This document shows positions 50,879 to 60,496 of a stretch of 64,000 nt of DNA, one piece after another (positions within the stretch are counted from its first letter, which is position 1; the number at the start of each line of letters is the position of its first letter). Where the stretch lies: assembly GCA_000092065.1 (NCBI GenBank), contig CP000588.1. One strand, 5' to 3'. The notes under the pieces are model-generated. The model worked only from the letters and a program-made list of their open reading frames with translations. It was not told where the DNA came from and ran no database searches. Made by a program: the position numbers and the translations under genes. Source of the stretch: Ostreococcus lucimarinus (taxonomy: Eukaryota).

Positions 50879-52273
50879 TTGACTCGAGCGCGCGACGACA
50901 TGGACGCGCCGGGCGCGTCGCCGACGTCGCGCATGATACGCGAGCTCGCGGCGGAGGTGCTGCGAACGCCCGAGGGCGCGGCGCGGGCGAAGGCGAGCGA
51001 TGCGGGACGGCGAGGGCGCGCGCGCGAGGACGGCGAGGGCGACGCGTTGACCGACGGCGGCGCGGCGACGGGGAGGGAGACGGAGGACGCGTCTATGGCG
51101 ACGAGCGCGTTCGAACGGCGGTTAGAGATGCTTGAACGCGAGGCAGAGCGCGTGGGGGTGAGTCTGGAGCGAGACGAGGCGGAGACGCGATCTGCGGCGG
51201 CGCGCGCGACGAGCGACGCGGAGCGCGAGGCGCTCGCGGCGGCGGCGGCGCGACGGGCGGCGGCGGCGGTCGAGGCCAGAGATGTGAGCCTGCGGGACGC
51301 GTTGAAAACGAAAGAACGCGCGATCGAGAGTCTCAGTGCGAGTTTGGCGTCGACGCGGGAGTCGTACGAGCGACGGTTACGCGTCGAGGCGGAGGCGAGC
51401 GCGGCGAACGCGGCGAGGGAGGAGGCTTTGCGGGGCGATATGCGCGCGCTGAGCGAGCGCGTGCGCTCGCTAGAGACGAAAGCGGAGGTTCGTGAACACA
51501 GGATAGCGTCGCAGCACGAGACGATCGGCAAGTTGACTCGCGATCTCGAAGCGAAGCGAGCGTTTGACGTGGAAGTCGCCGACCAGACGCGGACGTTGGA
51601 GATTGATCGTTTGGAACAGCGTTTGAGCGCCAGCGAGGCGCGCGCCGACGCGGCGGAACGGAAATTAGAGACATACTTTCTCGAGAAAGTTTCACTCGAG
51701 CGCGAGATCGCCGACTTGCGGGAGCGACTCGCGCGCGTACCCTCACAAGAGGCGCAAGACGAGGCGTTTCGTCTTCGAGTCGAGCGCGCCGCCGAGGCGA
51801 GAATCGCCACCGAACGGCTGGTGAACGAAGAGATGCAGACCAAAGCCGAACTCGCCGGGCTGTTCGCGCAAATTCGCGAGATGACGCTTCGAAGCGCGGG
51901 CGTGACGTCCGCGCCGCCGCCGACGGCGACGAGCGCCGCCGACGAACTCGCGCGAGTGAAGCGCGCCGCCGAAGCCGAAATCGAGTCCCGCGAGCGCGAG
52001 TTCGCGAGTCTCCAGGCCGACATCGGGCGTGAAAACGCCACCCTTCGTCGCGAACTCGCGTCGGTGCGCGCGAAGCTCAACGCCAAATTGGGCGTCGGAG
52101 CCGCGACGAACGCCGAATCCGAATCGTCGCCGTGGGCCGCCGAATTCTCCTTCGCCTCTCCCGCCTCCTTCGCCGCCGTCGAGTCTTCGCCATCGCGAAA
52201 ACCATCTCGCGCGTCTCCGTGCGATTCCACGGAGTCCTTCATAGAAATCATCCCGAGCGCCCGTGACGTGTAG
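50879..52273 (+). CDS. Hypothetical coiled-coil protein
   Basis: Long heptad-like E/R/A/L-rich segments. Chosen over the antisense ORF 50677..52251, which is S/A/R-biased. Confidence 0.4.
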   Translation: MTRARDDMDAPGASPTSRMIRELAAEVLRTPEGAARAKASDAGRRGRAREDGEGDALTDGGAATGRETEDASMATSAFERRLEMLEREAERVGVSLERDEAETRSAAARATSDAEREALAAAAARRAAAAVEARDVSLRDALKTKERAIESLSASLASTRESYERRLRVEAEASAANAAREEALRGDMRALSERVRSLETKAEVREHRIASQHETIGKLTRDLEAKRAFDVEVADQTRTLEIDRLEQRLSASEARADAAERKLETYFLEKVSLEREIADLRERLARVPSQEAQDEAFRLRVERAAEARIATERLVNEEMQTKAELAGLFAQIREMTLRSAGVTSAPPPTATSAADELARVKRAAEAEIESREREFASLQADIGRENATLRRELASVRAKLNAKLGVGAATNAESESSPWAAEFSFASPASFAAVESSPSRKPSRASPCDSTESFIEIIPSARDV

Positions 52274-52335
52274 TGCGACGCCGCGACGCTCGCGCGCTCG
52301 CCTCTTCTTCTTCGCTCGCCGCCGCACTCGTCGTC

Positions 52336-53709
52336 ATGCGTCCCTTCACCACCGACGCCGACGCGCTGGTGTGCCTGAACAATCGAGAGTTCATCGTGGA
52401 CGCCCTGCGCGGCGACGACGAGGGCGGCCCGTTCCGCGGCGACGGACGCGAGCCCGACGACGCGCGCGCGGGCGCCGACTTTGAAATCAAACTCGGCCCG
52501 CTCGAGGGCGTCTGCGTCGTCCGTCTCGGGCGCACGATCGCGTGCGCGTCGACGAGCGCGATGTTAGAGCGGCCGCAGAGCGCCGGGGCGTCGTCCGAGG
52601 GCGTCCTGCGCGTGGATTGCGAGTTTTCGAGCGGGGCGTGCGAGGGGTTCGCGCGCGAGGGACGAGCGAATCGAGAGACGCGACAGAGAGCGAAGGATTT
52701 GGGCGCGCTGCTCGAGCGCGGGCTGAAGGATGCGCGAGCGGTGGACGTGGAGTCGCTGTGCGTGCTGGCGGGGAAGCGGGTGTGGGTGGTGACGTGCGCG
52801 GTGACGATTTTGGCGCACGACGGAAACTTGGCGGGCGCCGCGAGTCTGGCGGCGTGCGGATCGTTGATGACGTATCGTCGCCCCGAATGCGCGGTCGATC
52901 CGAACACTGGAACGGTGACCGTGCACAGCGCGGACGCGCGAGAGGCGATACCGCTGAATATGCATCACTTTCCCATCGCGTCGACGTATTGCTTCTTCGA
53001 CGAGGTTCCCGGGTTAGCCGTGGCGGATCCGACGTTGGAGGAGGAAGTCACCGCGGATGCCTCTATCGTGGTCGTCGTCAACACGCACGATGAAGTCTGC
53101 GCGTTGTCTAAGACTGGAAACGGCGTGCCGAGCGAGGACTTGAAGCGATGCGTGCGGAACGCTTCGCGAACGGCGCGCGAGTGGACCGAACTCCTCAAGG
53201 AAGCCGCCGCCGATTTCGAAGCCGATCGCTTGGCGAATAAAGTGCGCACGCATTACGACGGATACAGAGACGCCCCAGACGACGACTATTTGCTCGACGC
53301 ATTTTACAAGCCCGGACAAAACCTCGGCGTCGAAGGCGACGCCGAGCCCGCGAACGGCGAACCGCAGAGCGACAGCGCGGAGGACGAAGACAGCGACGCC
53401 ACGGACGCCGACGCCGTGGACGCCGACGCCGTGGACGACGCCGACGCACCATCGACTTCCAAGGCGTCGCGCGCGAAACCGACCAAACTCGCGCCAGAGA
53501 AGCCGCGCGACGATTCGGACGACGACGTGCGATTCGACGCCGACGACGACATCGACGCTCTCTTCGCCAAGGCTGAAAAGAAGAACAAGAACAAACTCGG
53601 CGCGTGGGACGAACTCCCTGGCGACGGCACCGACCTCGCGAGCGCCCTCAAACCTCGCAAAAAGCTCAAGAAGACTTCGAGCTCGAAAAAATCCACCAAG
53701 AAGCGATGA
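52336..53709 (+). CDS. RRP45: Exosome non-catalytic RNase PH-like subunit, RRP45 (EXOSC9)-like, with long charged C-terminal tail
   Basis: RNase_PH-like core (LRVDCEFSS..., VWVVTCAVTILAHDGNLAGAASLAACGSLM) plus a D/E/K-rich tail ending KKLKKTSSSKKSTKKR, as in RRP45/PM-Scl75. Confidence 0.65.
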   Translation: MRPFTTDADALVCLNNREFIVDALRGDDEGGPFRGDGREPDDARAGADFEIKLGPLEGVCVVRLGRTIACASTSAMLERPQSAGASSEGVLRVDCEFSSGACEGFAREGRANRETRQRAKDLGALLERGLKDARAVDVESLCVLAGKRVWVVTCAVTILAHDGNLAGAASLAACGSLMTYRRPECAVDPNTGTVTVHSADAREAIPLNMHHFPIASTYCFFDEVPGLAVADPTLEEEVTADASIVVVVNTHDEVCALSKTGNGVPSEDLKRCVRNASRTAREWTELLKEAAADFEADRLANKVRTHYDGYRDAPDDDYLLDAFYKPGQNLGVEGDAEPANGEPQSDSAEDEDSDATDADAVDADAVDDADAPSTSKASRAKPTKLAPEKPRDDSDDDVRFDADDDIDALFAKAEKKNKNKLGAWDELPGDGTDLASALKPRKKLKKTSSSKKSTKKR

Positions 53710-53794
53710 TTTCGCGCTCGCCGCGAGACGCGTCTCCCCCCTCTCTCGACGTCTTCGTCGTCCTCGCCTCACCCTCCCCGGTCACCACCGCGAT

Positions 53795-54673
53795 TTGTAT
53801 TATTTTTACAGCCCTCTCCCATCGCCCATCGTCACCGCGTCTTCGCCGCCCGCTCCAGACCGCCTCTCTCGCCGCCGCTCGCCCGCCTCGAGGGGGGCGG
53901 TTCCCGAGGTCTTAGGGCAACTTCATCGCTCGACGTCCACCTCACTCGCGCGCGCGCTTCCGATGCTCGCCTCGCGACACGCCCTCGCGAACACCGCGTT
54001 CGCGCGCGCGCCCGCGCGTCCGCGCGCCGCCCGCGCGTCCGCGCGCGCCTCCGTGCGCGTCCGCGCCGCGTCCACCATCTACGACTTCACGCTCAAGACG
54101 CTCGGCGGTGGCGCGCGCGACGCGCCCACGGACGGCGAGGACCTCCCGCTGAGCCGATACAAGGGCAAAGTCGTCCTCATCAACAACGTCGCGACGTTCT
54201 GAGGCACGACCGTCAGGGACTTTGTTCAGTTGAACGCCCTGAAGGAAAAGTACGGGGACGACTTGGTCGTCCTCGGCGTGCCGTGCAACCAATTCGGACA
54301 CCAGTGCTACGATAAAGACTTTGAATTGCTGAACACGCTGAAGTACGTGCGACCGGGAGATGGATACGAACCGAAATTCACGATCACGGGGAAGATGACG
54401 ATCAACGGGGACGAAGAGGACCCGTTTTGGACGTTTTTGAAGAATTCGATTCGCGAACCGGCGGACGACAAGGGCGGACTGGGATCGGATCACATTTATA
54501 AGACGCAACCGAACTCCATGCCGATTCAGTGGTCGCCGGTGCGACGGGCGGATGTGACGTGGAACTTTGAAAAGTTCCTCATCGGCAAGGATGGAGTTCC
54601 GGCGAAGCGGTACTCGCCAAAGTTTGAAAACGCAAACTTGACGGCGGATATCGACGCGCTCATGAAGGCGTGA
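53795..54673 (+). CDS. GPX: Glutathione peroxidase, selenocysteine-containing (in-frame TGA at 54200..54202 read as Sec)
   Basis: Two track ORFs in the same frame are separated only by TGA. The TGA falls at the catalytic position of the GPX motif (LINNVATF-U-GTT, compare VASQ-U-GKT/VASKCG). Downstream GPX signatures follow: LGVPCNQFGHQ, WNFEKFLIGKDG. Confidence 0.8.
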
Positions 54674-54740
54674 GCGCGGAATCGAGTCGCGCTTCGGTTG
54701 AACTAGAACGAGCTCGGAGTGGAAAGAACCGCGCGCGCCG

Positions 54741-54812
54741 CGACGTGACGAAGGATGAAGAAAGACCAAACGCTCGACGTAGGTTTTCATTCTTTTGATT
54801 TCACGCGACGCC
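54741..54812 (+). promoter_or_regulatory. Candidate SECIS element in the GPX 3' UTR
   Basis: Helix CGTGA(54744-48)/TCACG(54801-05), core quartet ATGA(54755-58) opposite TGAT(54796-99), apical AAA(54768-70). Folding not computed. Confidence 0.45.
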
Positions 54813-54938
54813 GCGCGAGTTCATCTCCGAGCGCGATGTTTTGACTTTTAATTTTAATATCAAAGTTGTTTTGACGATCGCTTCGGAGCGCGATGCCTCT
54901 AAGCGCGCACCTCGCGGCCTACCGGTTCATCTAATTCT

Positions 54939-55739
54939 CTAAATCTCTTCCTCTCGCGTGAAATCGAGCGTCACACGTCCCTCGTCGTCGCTTTCGTCGT
55001 CGACGATGCTCCCGGTTCGCTCCATGCGCTCGACGAGCGTTCGCGTCAACGCGTCGTCCTCGAACGGCACATCGCGAAACAACGACGCGCTCGAACTTCT
55101 GTACAGCACGCTCACGAAAATTGCCGAGTGTCCGCGCGCGGGATCGCCCTCGCTCACGACGCGAAACCGCCAATCCAACCCCAGCCTCGTCGTCTCGCGT
55201 TTTAGAAATACAAATCTCGCCACGGCTGAGAACGACACGCTCAAGATTATCCCGTCCTCTCTCGTCATACGCAACATCTCATCCATGAGCGCGCGCTTAT
55301 CTTCGTCTCCGTTGAGCGCGTCCAACGTACCCTTATCGATCACGCACGTCGCGCTTCCGTCCGCGACGTCGGCTCGACAGTCCCGGCAATCCGCCGCGCG
55401 ACACCGCACCCGCGCGTCCTCCGCGTACCGCGCCCGCAGCACCTCGATCACCCGTTCGCTCACGTCCAACAGCACGACGTCACCCCTAAACCCGTACTCA
55501 TCCGCCGCGTCGACGCCGATGCTCGACGATCCGCACCCGACGTCGACGAGCGCCGCCGCGCCCGCCGCGCTCGCGCTCGCCGCCGCCCGCAGAAACCCAT
55601 CCGCGACCTCGAAGCACGCCTCCGACGCCGCGTGCCACTCGCGCGCGAGCTGCGACGCCGAATCGTACACCCCGTCCCAGTGCGCGGCGTACGCGCGCGC
55701 CGACGTCCCCTCGGCGCCGGCGTCGTCGCGTCGCGACAT
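54939..55739 (-). CDS. Class I SAM-dependent methyltransferase
   Basis: Motif I LVDVGCGSS, motif post-I VVLLDVS, motif II CVIDKGTLDAL, motif III GIILSVS. Confidence 0.7.
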   Translation of the reverse strand: MSRRDDAGAEGTSARAYAAHWDGVYDSASQLAREWHAASEACFEVADGFLRAAASASAAGAAALVDVGCGSSSIGVDAADEYGFRGDVVLLDVSERVIEVLRARYAEDARVRCRAADCRDCRADVADGSATCVIDKGTLDALNGDEDKRALMDEMLRMTREDGIILSVSFSAVARFVFLKRETTRLGLDWRFRVVSEGDPARGHSAIFVSVLYRSSSASLFRDVPFEDDALTRTLVERMERTGSIVDDESDDEGRVTLDFTREEEI

Positions 55740-55989
55740 TCCCGACAGCTTCCGAAACCACCCTTCGCGCGACGTTCGCGTCGCCGCCCGCGCGCCCGCG
55801 TCGTCGCGCGCGCGCCCGCGACCTCACGCACACCGTCGCGCGCTCGCGCGCGCGCGCGCGCGTCCCGAATCGCCCCGCGCGCGCGCCGATCCCGTCGCGA
55901 AGCCGCGTCCCGGTGTCCCGACATCGTCGCGAGACGTCGTCGTTCCGGCGTCACTCCGTCGCGCGTCGCGATCGCGTCGCGATTCCGCG

Positions 55990-57312
55990 ATGCCGCGAAG
56001 CGCGCGAAAAGAATCCTTCTACGCCGTCGCGCGCGGGCGCGCGCGCGGCGTGTACACGACGTGGGACGACGCGAAGAAGCAGGTGCAAAACTTTGGGGGC
56101 GCGATGCACAAGGTGCGACGACATCGGACGACGACGGCGCGCGCGACGCGCGACGCGCCCTCGCGACGGCGCGAACGCGCGAAGACTAATTTTTCGCACT
56201 CGAATTCGCGCGCGCAGAAATTCGCGACGCTGGACGAGGCGCGGGCGTACCTGGAGGCGCATCGGGGGGACGACGCGACCGACGGCGGCGTAACGGCTCG
56301 AACGGTCGAGGCGACGCGCGACGACGACGGAATTCGCGACGGCGACGCGACGGAGAGCGCGAGATCGGCGAACGAAGACGCGCGAGTGATGGAGAAAAAA
56401 GTGAGCGCGCGTAAGCGCGGGACTTCGGGGGGACGAGGGATGTCGACGCGCGCGGGGGAGGACGCGGAGGACGGGATCGAGGCGCGCGTGCGAGCGCTCG
56501 CGAGCGCGGCGAACGCGCCGAAGGAGGATCGGAGCGAGGATGAGTACGTGTTGGAGTTCGACGGGGCGAGTCGTGGGAATCCGGGGGAGGCGGGGGCGGG
56601 GGCACTGCTGCGAAGGAAGCGGGACGATCGAATCGTGGAGGAGTTGTTGGAGTATTTGGGGAACGAGCGGACGGTGAACGAAGCCGAGTACGCGGCGCTG
56701 TGCTTGGGGTTGCGCAAGGCGGTGGAGCTCGGGATCACGAAGATTGAGGTGCGAGGGGACAGTAAACTCATCGTGAATCAAGTTGAAGGATCGTTCAAGC
56801 TGAAGTCGGCGAATTTGAAGTCCATGCACGCCGAAGCGTGCGAGTTGAAGGAAAAGTTTACCGAGTTTAAGATCTCTCACGTCAAGCGCGAGTTTAACAA
56901 ACACGCCGATCATTTGGCCAACATGGCGGTGGACTTCGGGCTTAGCCCGAGTCGAATGTCCGGCGATGCGTCCACGTCTGCGACGAAGCGGTTCGAGAGC
57001 GGTGGTGGGGGTTTGGGCGGAGGCGGGGACGACGCCGACGCGAAGCGGCGCAAGCTCGGCGGCGAACAGCGTTACGCGCGCCTCTTCCGCTCCTTCGCCG
57101 GCGGTGCGGCGGCGGCGCCCACGCGTCTGGGACGTGGGTATCACGCATACGCGCGCGCATCGGTGTCACACGATGGTGAGGCTTCGAACATGGCGTCCGG
57201 AGCTCCCTTGGTTGTCGGCGGTGGAGCGTCGCGCGTCGCGCTCGCCTCGGCTCGACGATCGTGGATTCCTCTCACGCGCGCCGCCATGGGTTTCGCGCGG
57301 CTTCGTTTATGA
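55990..57312 (+). CDS. RNH1: Ribonuclease H1 (N-terminal hybrid-binding domain plus RNase H catalytic domain)
   Basis: HBD SFYAVARGRARGVYTTWDDAKKQVQNFGGAMHKV. RNase H domain FDGASRGNPGEAGAGALL...NEAEYAALCLGL...GDSKLIVNQVEGS...HVKREFNKHADHLAN with the D-E-D-D residues. The upstream part of track ORF 54958.. is antisense to the methyltransferase. Confidence 0.8.
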   Translation: MPRSARKESFYAVARGRARGVYTTWDDAKKQVQNFGGAMHKVRRHRTTTARATRDAPSRRRERAKTNFSHSNSRAQKFATLDEARAYLEAHRGDDATDGGVTARTVEATRDDDGIRDGDATESARSANEDARVMEKKVSARKRGTSGGRGMSTRAGEDAEDGIEARVRALASAANAPKEDRSEDEYVLEFDGASRGNPGEAGAGALLRRKRDDRIVEELLEYLGNERTVNEAEYAALCLGLRKAVELGITKIEVRGDSKLIVNQVEGSFKLKSANLKSMHAEACELKEKFTEFKISHVKREFNKHADHLANMAVDFGLSPSRMSGDASTSATKRFESGGGGLGGGGDDADAKRRKLGGEQRYARLFRSFAGGAAAAPTRLGRGYHAYARASVSHDGEASNMASGAPLVVGGGASRVALASARRSWIPLTRAAMGFARLRL

Positions 57313-57382
57313 CGCGATCTAAATATTTTGTTGAATACGTTACAGTACACTCGTTGGCTACCTATATCCAGTCGCACCCCGA

Positions 57383-60300
57383 TCACACCGCCGAGTCGTC
57401 GTCATCGTCGGCGGAAACTTCCGAAACGGGGACGCGGCGAGTCGGCTTGACGATTTCTTCGTACGCCTCGCCGGTTTGCGGTTGCGTCACCTTGATCGGA
57501 CGCGGAAATCGCTGCACGACATCCCGTCGAACCGGCGACTCGTCTTCATCCGAGCTCGGCGAGCTCGGCGAGCTCGGCGGGATTTCGGATGAAACCGAGA
57601 CGCTTCGCACGTGCGGTTGACGCGTCTTTGAGGCGAGCAGCGGCGCGCGTTCCGCGACGCCCGGCGACATTCTTCGAACTTGTCTCGGCGGTAACTGCCC
57701 AAAGAACATATCGCCGCCCGTCACCGCGGTCGGCCACTTGCTCGCAACGGTCATCAAGGCCAAAGCGAGGATGACGACGGCTAAGGCAACGCTCAATTCG
57801 GCGGACGATTGTTGAAACCATCGTTGCATGGCGTTGCCGTGCAAGTGCGCGTGCTGGTGCTCGTGGAACCTGTGCGCGGCGCGCCTCAAATGTTGCGGTC
57901 GGGCGAGTGCGGACGCGTCGTCTTCCGTTTGAAGAACTGGTTTGATTACCACGTGCGAGTGCGCACACGGTTCTGCAACGAATGAGCACGATGCGAACCT
58001 CGTCGGCGTGCAATCAAACACCGCCGCCAAAAAGGCCGTTTTCGCCGCGTCTTCCTTTGAGCGCGGACATTTTCGAACTTGTCTACACTCAAGATCGTCA
58101 CTCGCAAAACCTCGCTTGCCGATCACTTCACCACACTGCTGCACAATGCCCGTGTGCGGGCATCCAAGTCCAGCGCGCGAGTGCATCGCGGAACACGCGT
58201 CAGCGGCTTGCTCGGACGATCCGAGCGCGCTGGCGTCGACGTCAAAGCACGTCGCTTGCGACGTCTTCGTGTTCGGGCACCCGCACACGCAAGATCCACG
58301 CATTGAATGCGGGACAACGTGCGTATCACCGAGTTTTGGCAAGGAAAACGTGCCGTCATCGGCGTCTTCTTTGGTGTCGCCACGCCTATTGTCCTCGAAA
58401 TCAATTTTCTCCGAGGCGCGAAGACCGATGCTGCGCATCTTTTCAGAGACGCCGCTCATGACGGAGGAAAGATCGTCGATGGCGTTCGGTTTCGCACGGT
58501 GTGCGGCGACCGAGCCGAGATCACTTCCCTTGTTCTTTGACGCGCCGAAACCGACGTCTTCATCGCCCTTCAACGGAGGAAGCGTCGCCTTACGCCAAGA
58601 GTCCAACTGCTGTAACGCCTGCTTACCCGTCTCTTCAATCTTGTTGACAGCTTCGAGGTACTCTGCCGCGGCGACGTCTTCTGCTTGCGCACGCTGAGCT
58701 ACATTTGTAATTGACTGCGCCGCACGCATAGCCTTTTGGTATTTTTCGCGCGTTTGCTTCAACGCTTTGCGATAATCCTTCTGCACTCCGGCTTCAAACT
58801 TTTTGTACTCGCGTTCTTGCATTTGACGCGCGTATTCAATCTGACGCTTCTCGTACTCCTCCGCGGCTAAGTCGCCAGGACTTGGCATTGGTAACCGAAA
58901 CGTCGTCGGTTTCATCTCGCCAGCGTCGCCGGGAGCCTCGTACGTCGCGTGATCGTCGTGAATTAATCCATCCTTCTTCGCCTCGCCCCCCATGACTTCC
59001 GTGATGGCTTCGCGCACGGCGTCGAGAATACTGCTCGACGCGCCCTCGCTCGAGCCTTCGCTCGCCACGCGATCGTCGCTATCTGTGCTATGCTTTTTTG
59101 AATGTTTCGATGCCTTCTTTTCCTCCCATCTGTGCCAGTCATGCTCGAGCGCGGCGGTGCGTTTTGACTTTTTCGTCGGCGAGTCCAACTCCACCGGCTT
59201 CAGCGCGCCGCCCATGGCAGACCAGATCGTGCGCATCAAATACGCATCGTCTCTTCGACCGCTACCCACCTTGGCGACGACATCCGAGGGTGCCACTGGA
59301 CACGCAGGTGATCCGGGCGCTGTGCGTCCCAGAGTGACCACCACCGTCTTCGTCTCCGGCAACATGAAAATCATCGATCCTTCATCGCCCAAGCTCACAG
59401 CCACGGGCGCGTGCGGAGCGTTTCTCCCGAGTATCGGCCCACTGATGGCTTCTGCACTCATTCCGCACGACGTTTTCGTCGTTCGCGGTGCGCAGCATTG
59501 CGTCCCGGTTGCGCTCACCGGGACGTGAAGCCACGTCATCAAGCCGTGCGCTTGGTTGAGCGACGGATAACTCACCGACAACGCCGATACCGCAAAGGTG
59601 GGATCAAACATCTGTCGCGTGCTCCCATCGACGCTCGTCCACCTTCCTTGGTTCACGAATAACTGTCCGAGCTTGGCGGCGTCGCGACAAGACATTCGCA
59701 AATCTCTCCAAAGTGACGCGCCGTCGTTCCCGTCCGCCCTAGACGAGCTCGCAAACATCTCCGGCGCGCCGAGTTTTTCCCCGACATTCACGCGCGCCCA
59801 TTCCGAGAGCTTCATCCCACTTCTCAACTCAATTATGTCACCGACTATATCCAAGAACCCATCATTTCTCGGGTCGTCGCGTTCGAACGTCGTCCCCGGT
59901 TCGCGCGAACCGCCGCCGTGCGTCTGCGCCAACAGCTGTCGCACGCTCACCTTATCCGCGTACGCCCCGAACGCCTCCTCAACCGAGCGCAAGTCGTACT
60001 TCGACAACGGCGCGTCTAACTCAAACAATCCTTGCTGCACCGCGACGCCGACCGCCGCGACCAGCGCGAGCGCGCCGACGCCATCCGTCGTCGTTTGGGT
60101 GTTGGCGTCGTTCGCGCCGTAGTAGGACTCGTGCACGATCGCCCCATCCTTCGCCACGAGGAAGCAATCTCGCGAGACGATCGTTTCAACGTTGCTCGAA
60201 GCTTCCTCGAGCGCGTTCGTGCTCAGGCCGTGCAGTTCAGCGCGTTCGACGATCCACGGGCGCGCGCCGGGGGCACCGGACGCGCGCGGTGTCGACGCGC

Positions 60301-60397
60301 TCGCGTGCGCGCTGGCGCAGCACAGCGCCGCGGCGAGCGCGCAGGCGAGCGCACGACGCATCGTACGCGTGTGCGGTGTCGACGCGCGGCGTCGCAT
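57383..60397 (-). CDS. Beta-lactamase/transpeptidase-fold protein with signal peptide, long Cys-containing middle region and C-terminal TM anchor; catalytic SxxK apparently replaced
   Basis: Signal MRRALACALAAALCCASAHASAS. Beta-lactamase-like N-domain (CFLVAKDGAIVHESYYGA...GVGALALVAAVGVAVQQGLFELDAPLSKY) in which the expected S-x-x-K reads G-x-x-A. TM LSVALAVVILALALMTVA near the C-terminus. Confidence 0.55.
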   Translation of the reverse strand: MRRRASTPHTRTMRRALACALAAALCCASAHASASTPRASGAPGARPWIVERAELHGLSTNALEEASSNVETIVSRDCFLVAKDGAIVHESYYGANDANTQTTTDGVGALALVAAVGVAVQQGLFELDAPLSKYDLRSVEEAFGAYADKVSVRQLLAQTHGGGSREPGTTFERDDPRNDGFLDIVGDIIELRSGMKLSEWARVNVGEKLGAPEMFASSSRADGNDGASLWRDLRMSCRDAAKLGQLFVNQGRWTSVDGSTRQMFDPTFAVSALSVSYPSLNQAHGLMTWLHVPVSATGTQCCAPRTTKTSCGMSAEAISGPILGRNAPHAPVAVSLGDEGSMIFMLPETKTVVVTLGRTAPGSPACPVAPSDVVAKVGSGRRDDAYLMRTIWSAMGGALKPVELDSPTKKSKRTAALEHDWHRWEEKKASKHSKKHSTDSDDRVASEGSSEGASSSILDAVREAITEVMGGEAKKDGLIHDDHATYEAPGDAGEMKPTTFRLPMPSPGDLAAEEYEKRQIEYARQMQEREYKKFEAGVQKDYRKALKQTREKYQKAMRAAQSITNVAQRAQAEDVAAAEYLEAVNKIEETGKQALQQLDSWRKATLPPLKGDEDVGFGASKNKGSDLGSVAAHRAKPNAIDDLSSVMSGVSEKMRSIGLRASEKIDFEDNRRGDTKEDADDGTFSLPKLGDTHVVPHSMRGSCVCGCPNTKTSQATCFDVDASALGSSEQAADACSAMHSRAGLGCPHTGIVQQCGEVIGKRGFASDDLECRQVRKCPRSKEDAAKTAFLAAVFDCTPTRFASCSFVAEPCAHSHVVIKPVLQTEDDASALARPQHLRRAAHRFHEHQHAHLHGNAMQRWFQQSSAELSVALAVVILALALMTVASKWPTAVTGGDMFFGQLPPRQVRRMSPGVAERAPLLASKTRQPHVRSVSVSSEIPPSSPSSPSSDEDESPVRRDVVQRFPRPIKVTQPQTGEAYEEIVKPTRRVPVSEVSADDDDDSAV

Positions 60398-60496
60398 CGC
60401 GCGCGCGCCGAGTTGTGCCGCGATGGATCAGGCGGAAGTGCAAGTATAATACAATGTGTGCGCTCGCGCGAGCGGCTAGAATGCGGCGCGACGGCG

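Noticed and set aside
50677-52251. 524-aa minus-strand ORF opposite the coiled-coil gene
   Set aside because: Ser/Ala/Arg-rich compositional ORF. The plus-strand product has coherent coiled-coil periodicity. Both remain unvalidated.
54958-55989. First 344 codons of the 784-aa plus ORF upstream of RNase H1
   Set aside because: Antisense to the SAM-methyltransferase gene, S/A/R-rich without domains. RNase H1 homology starts at the ATG at 55990.
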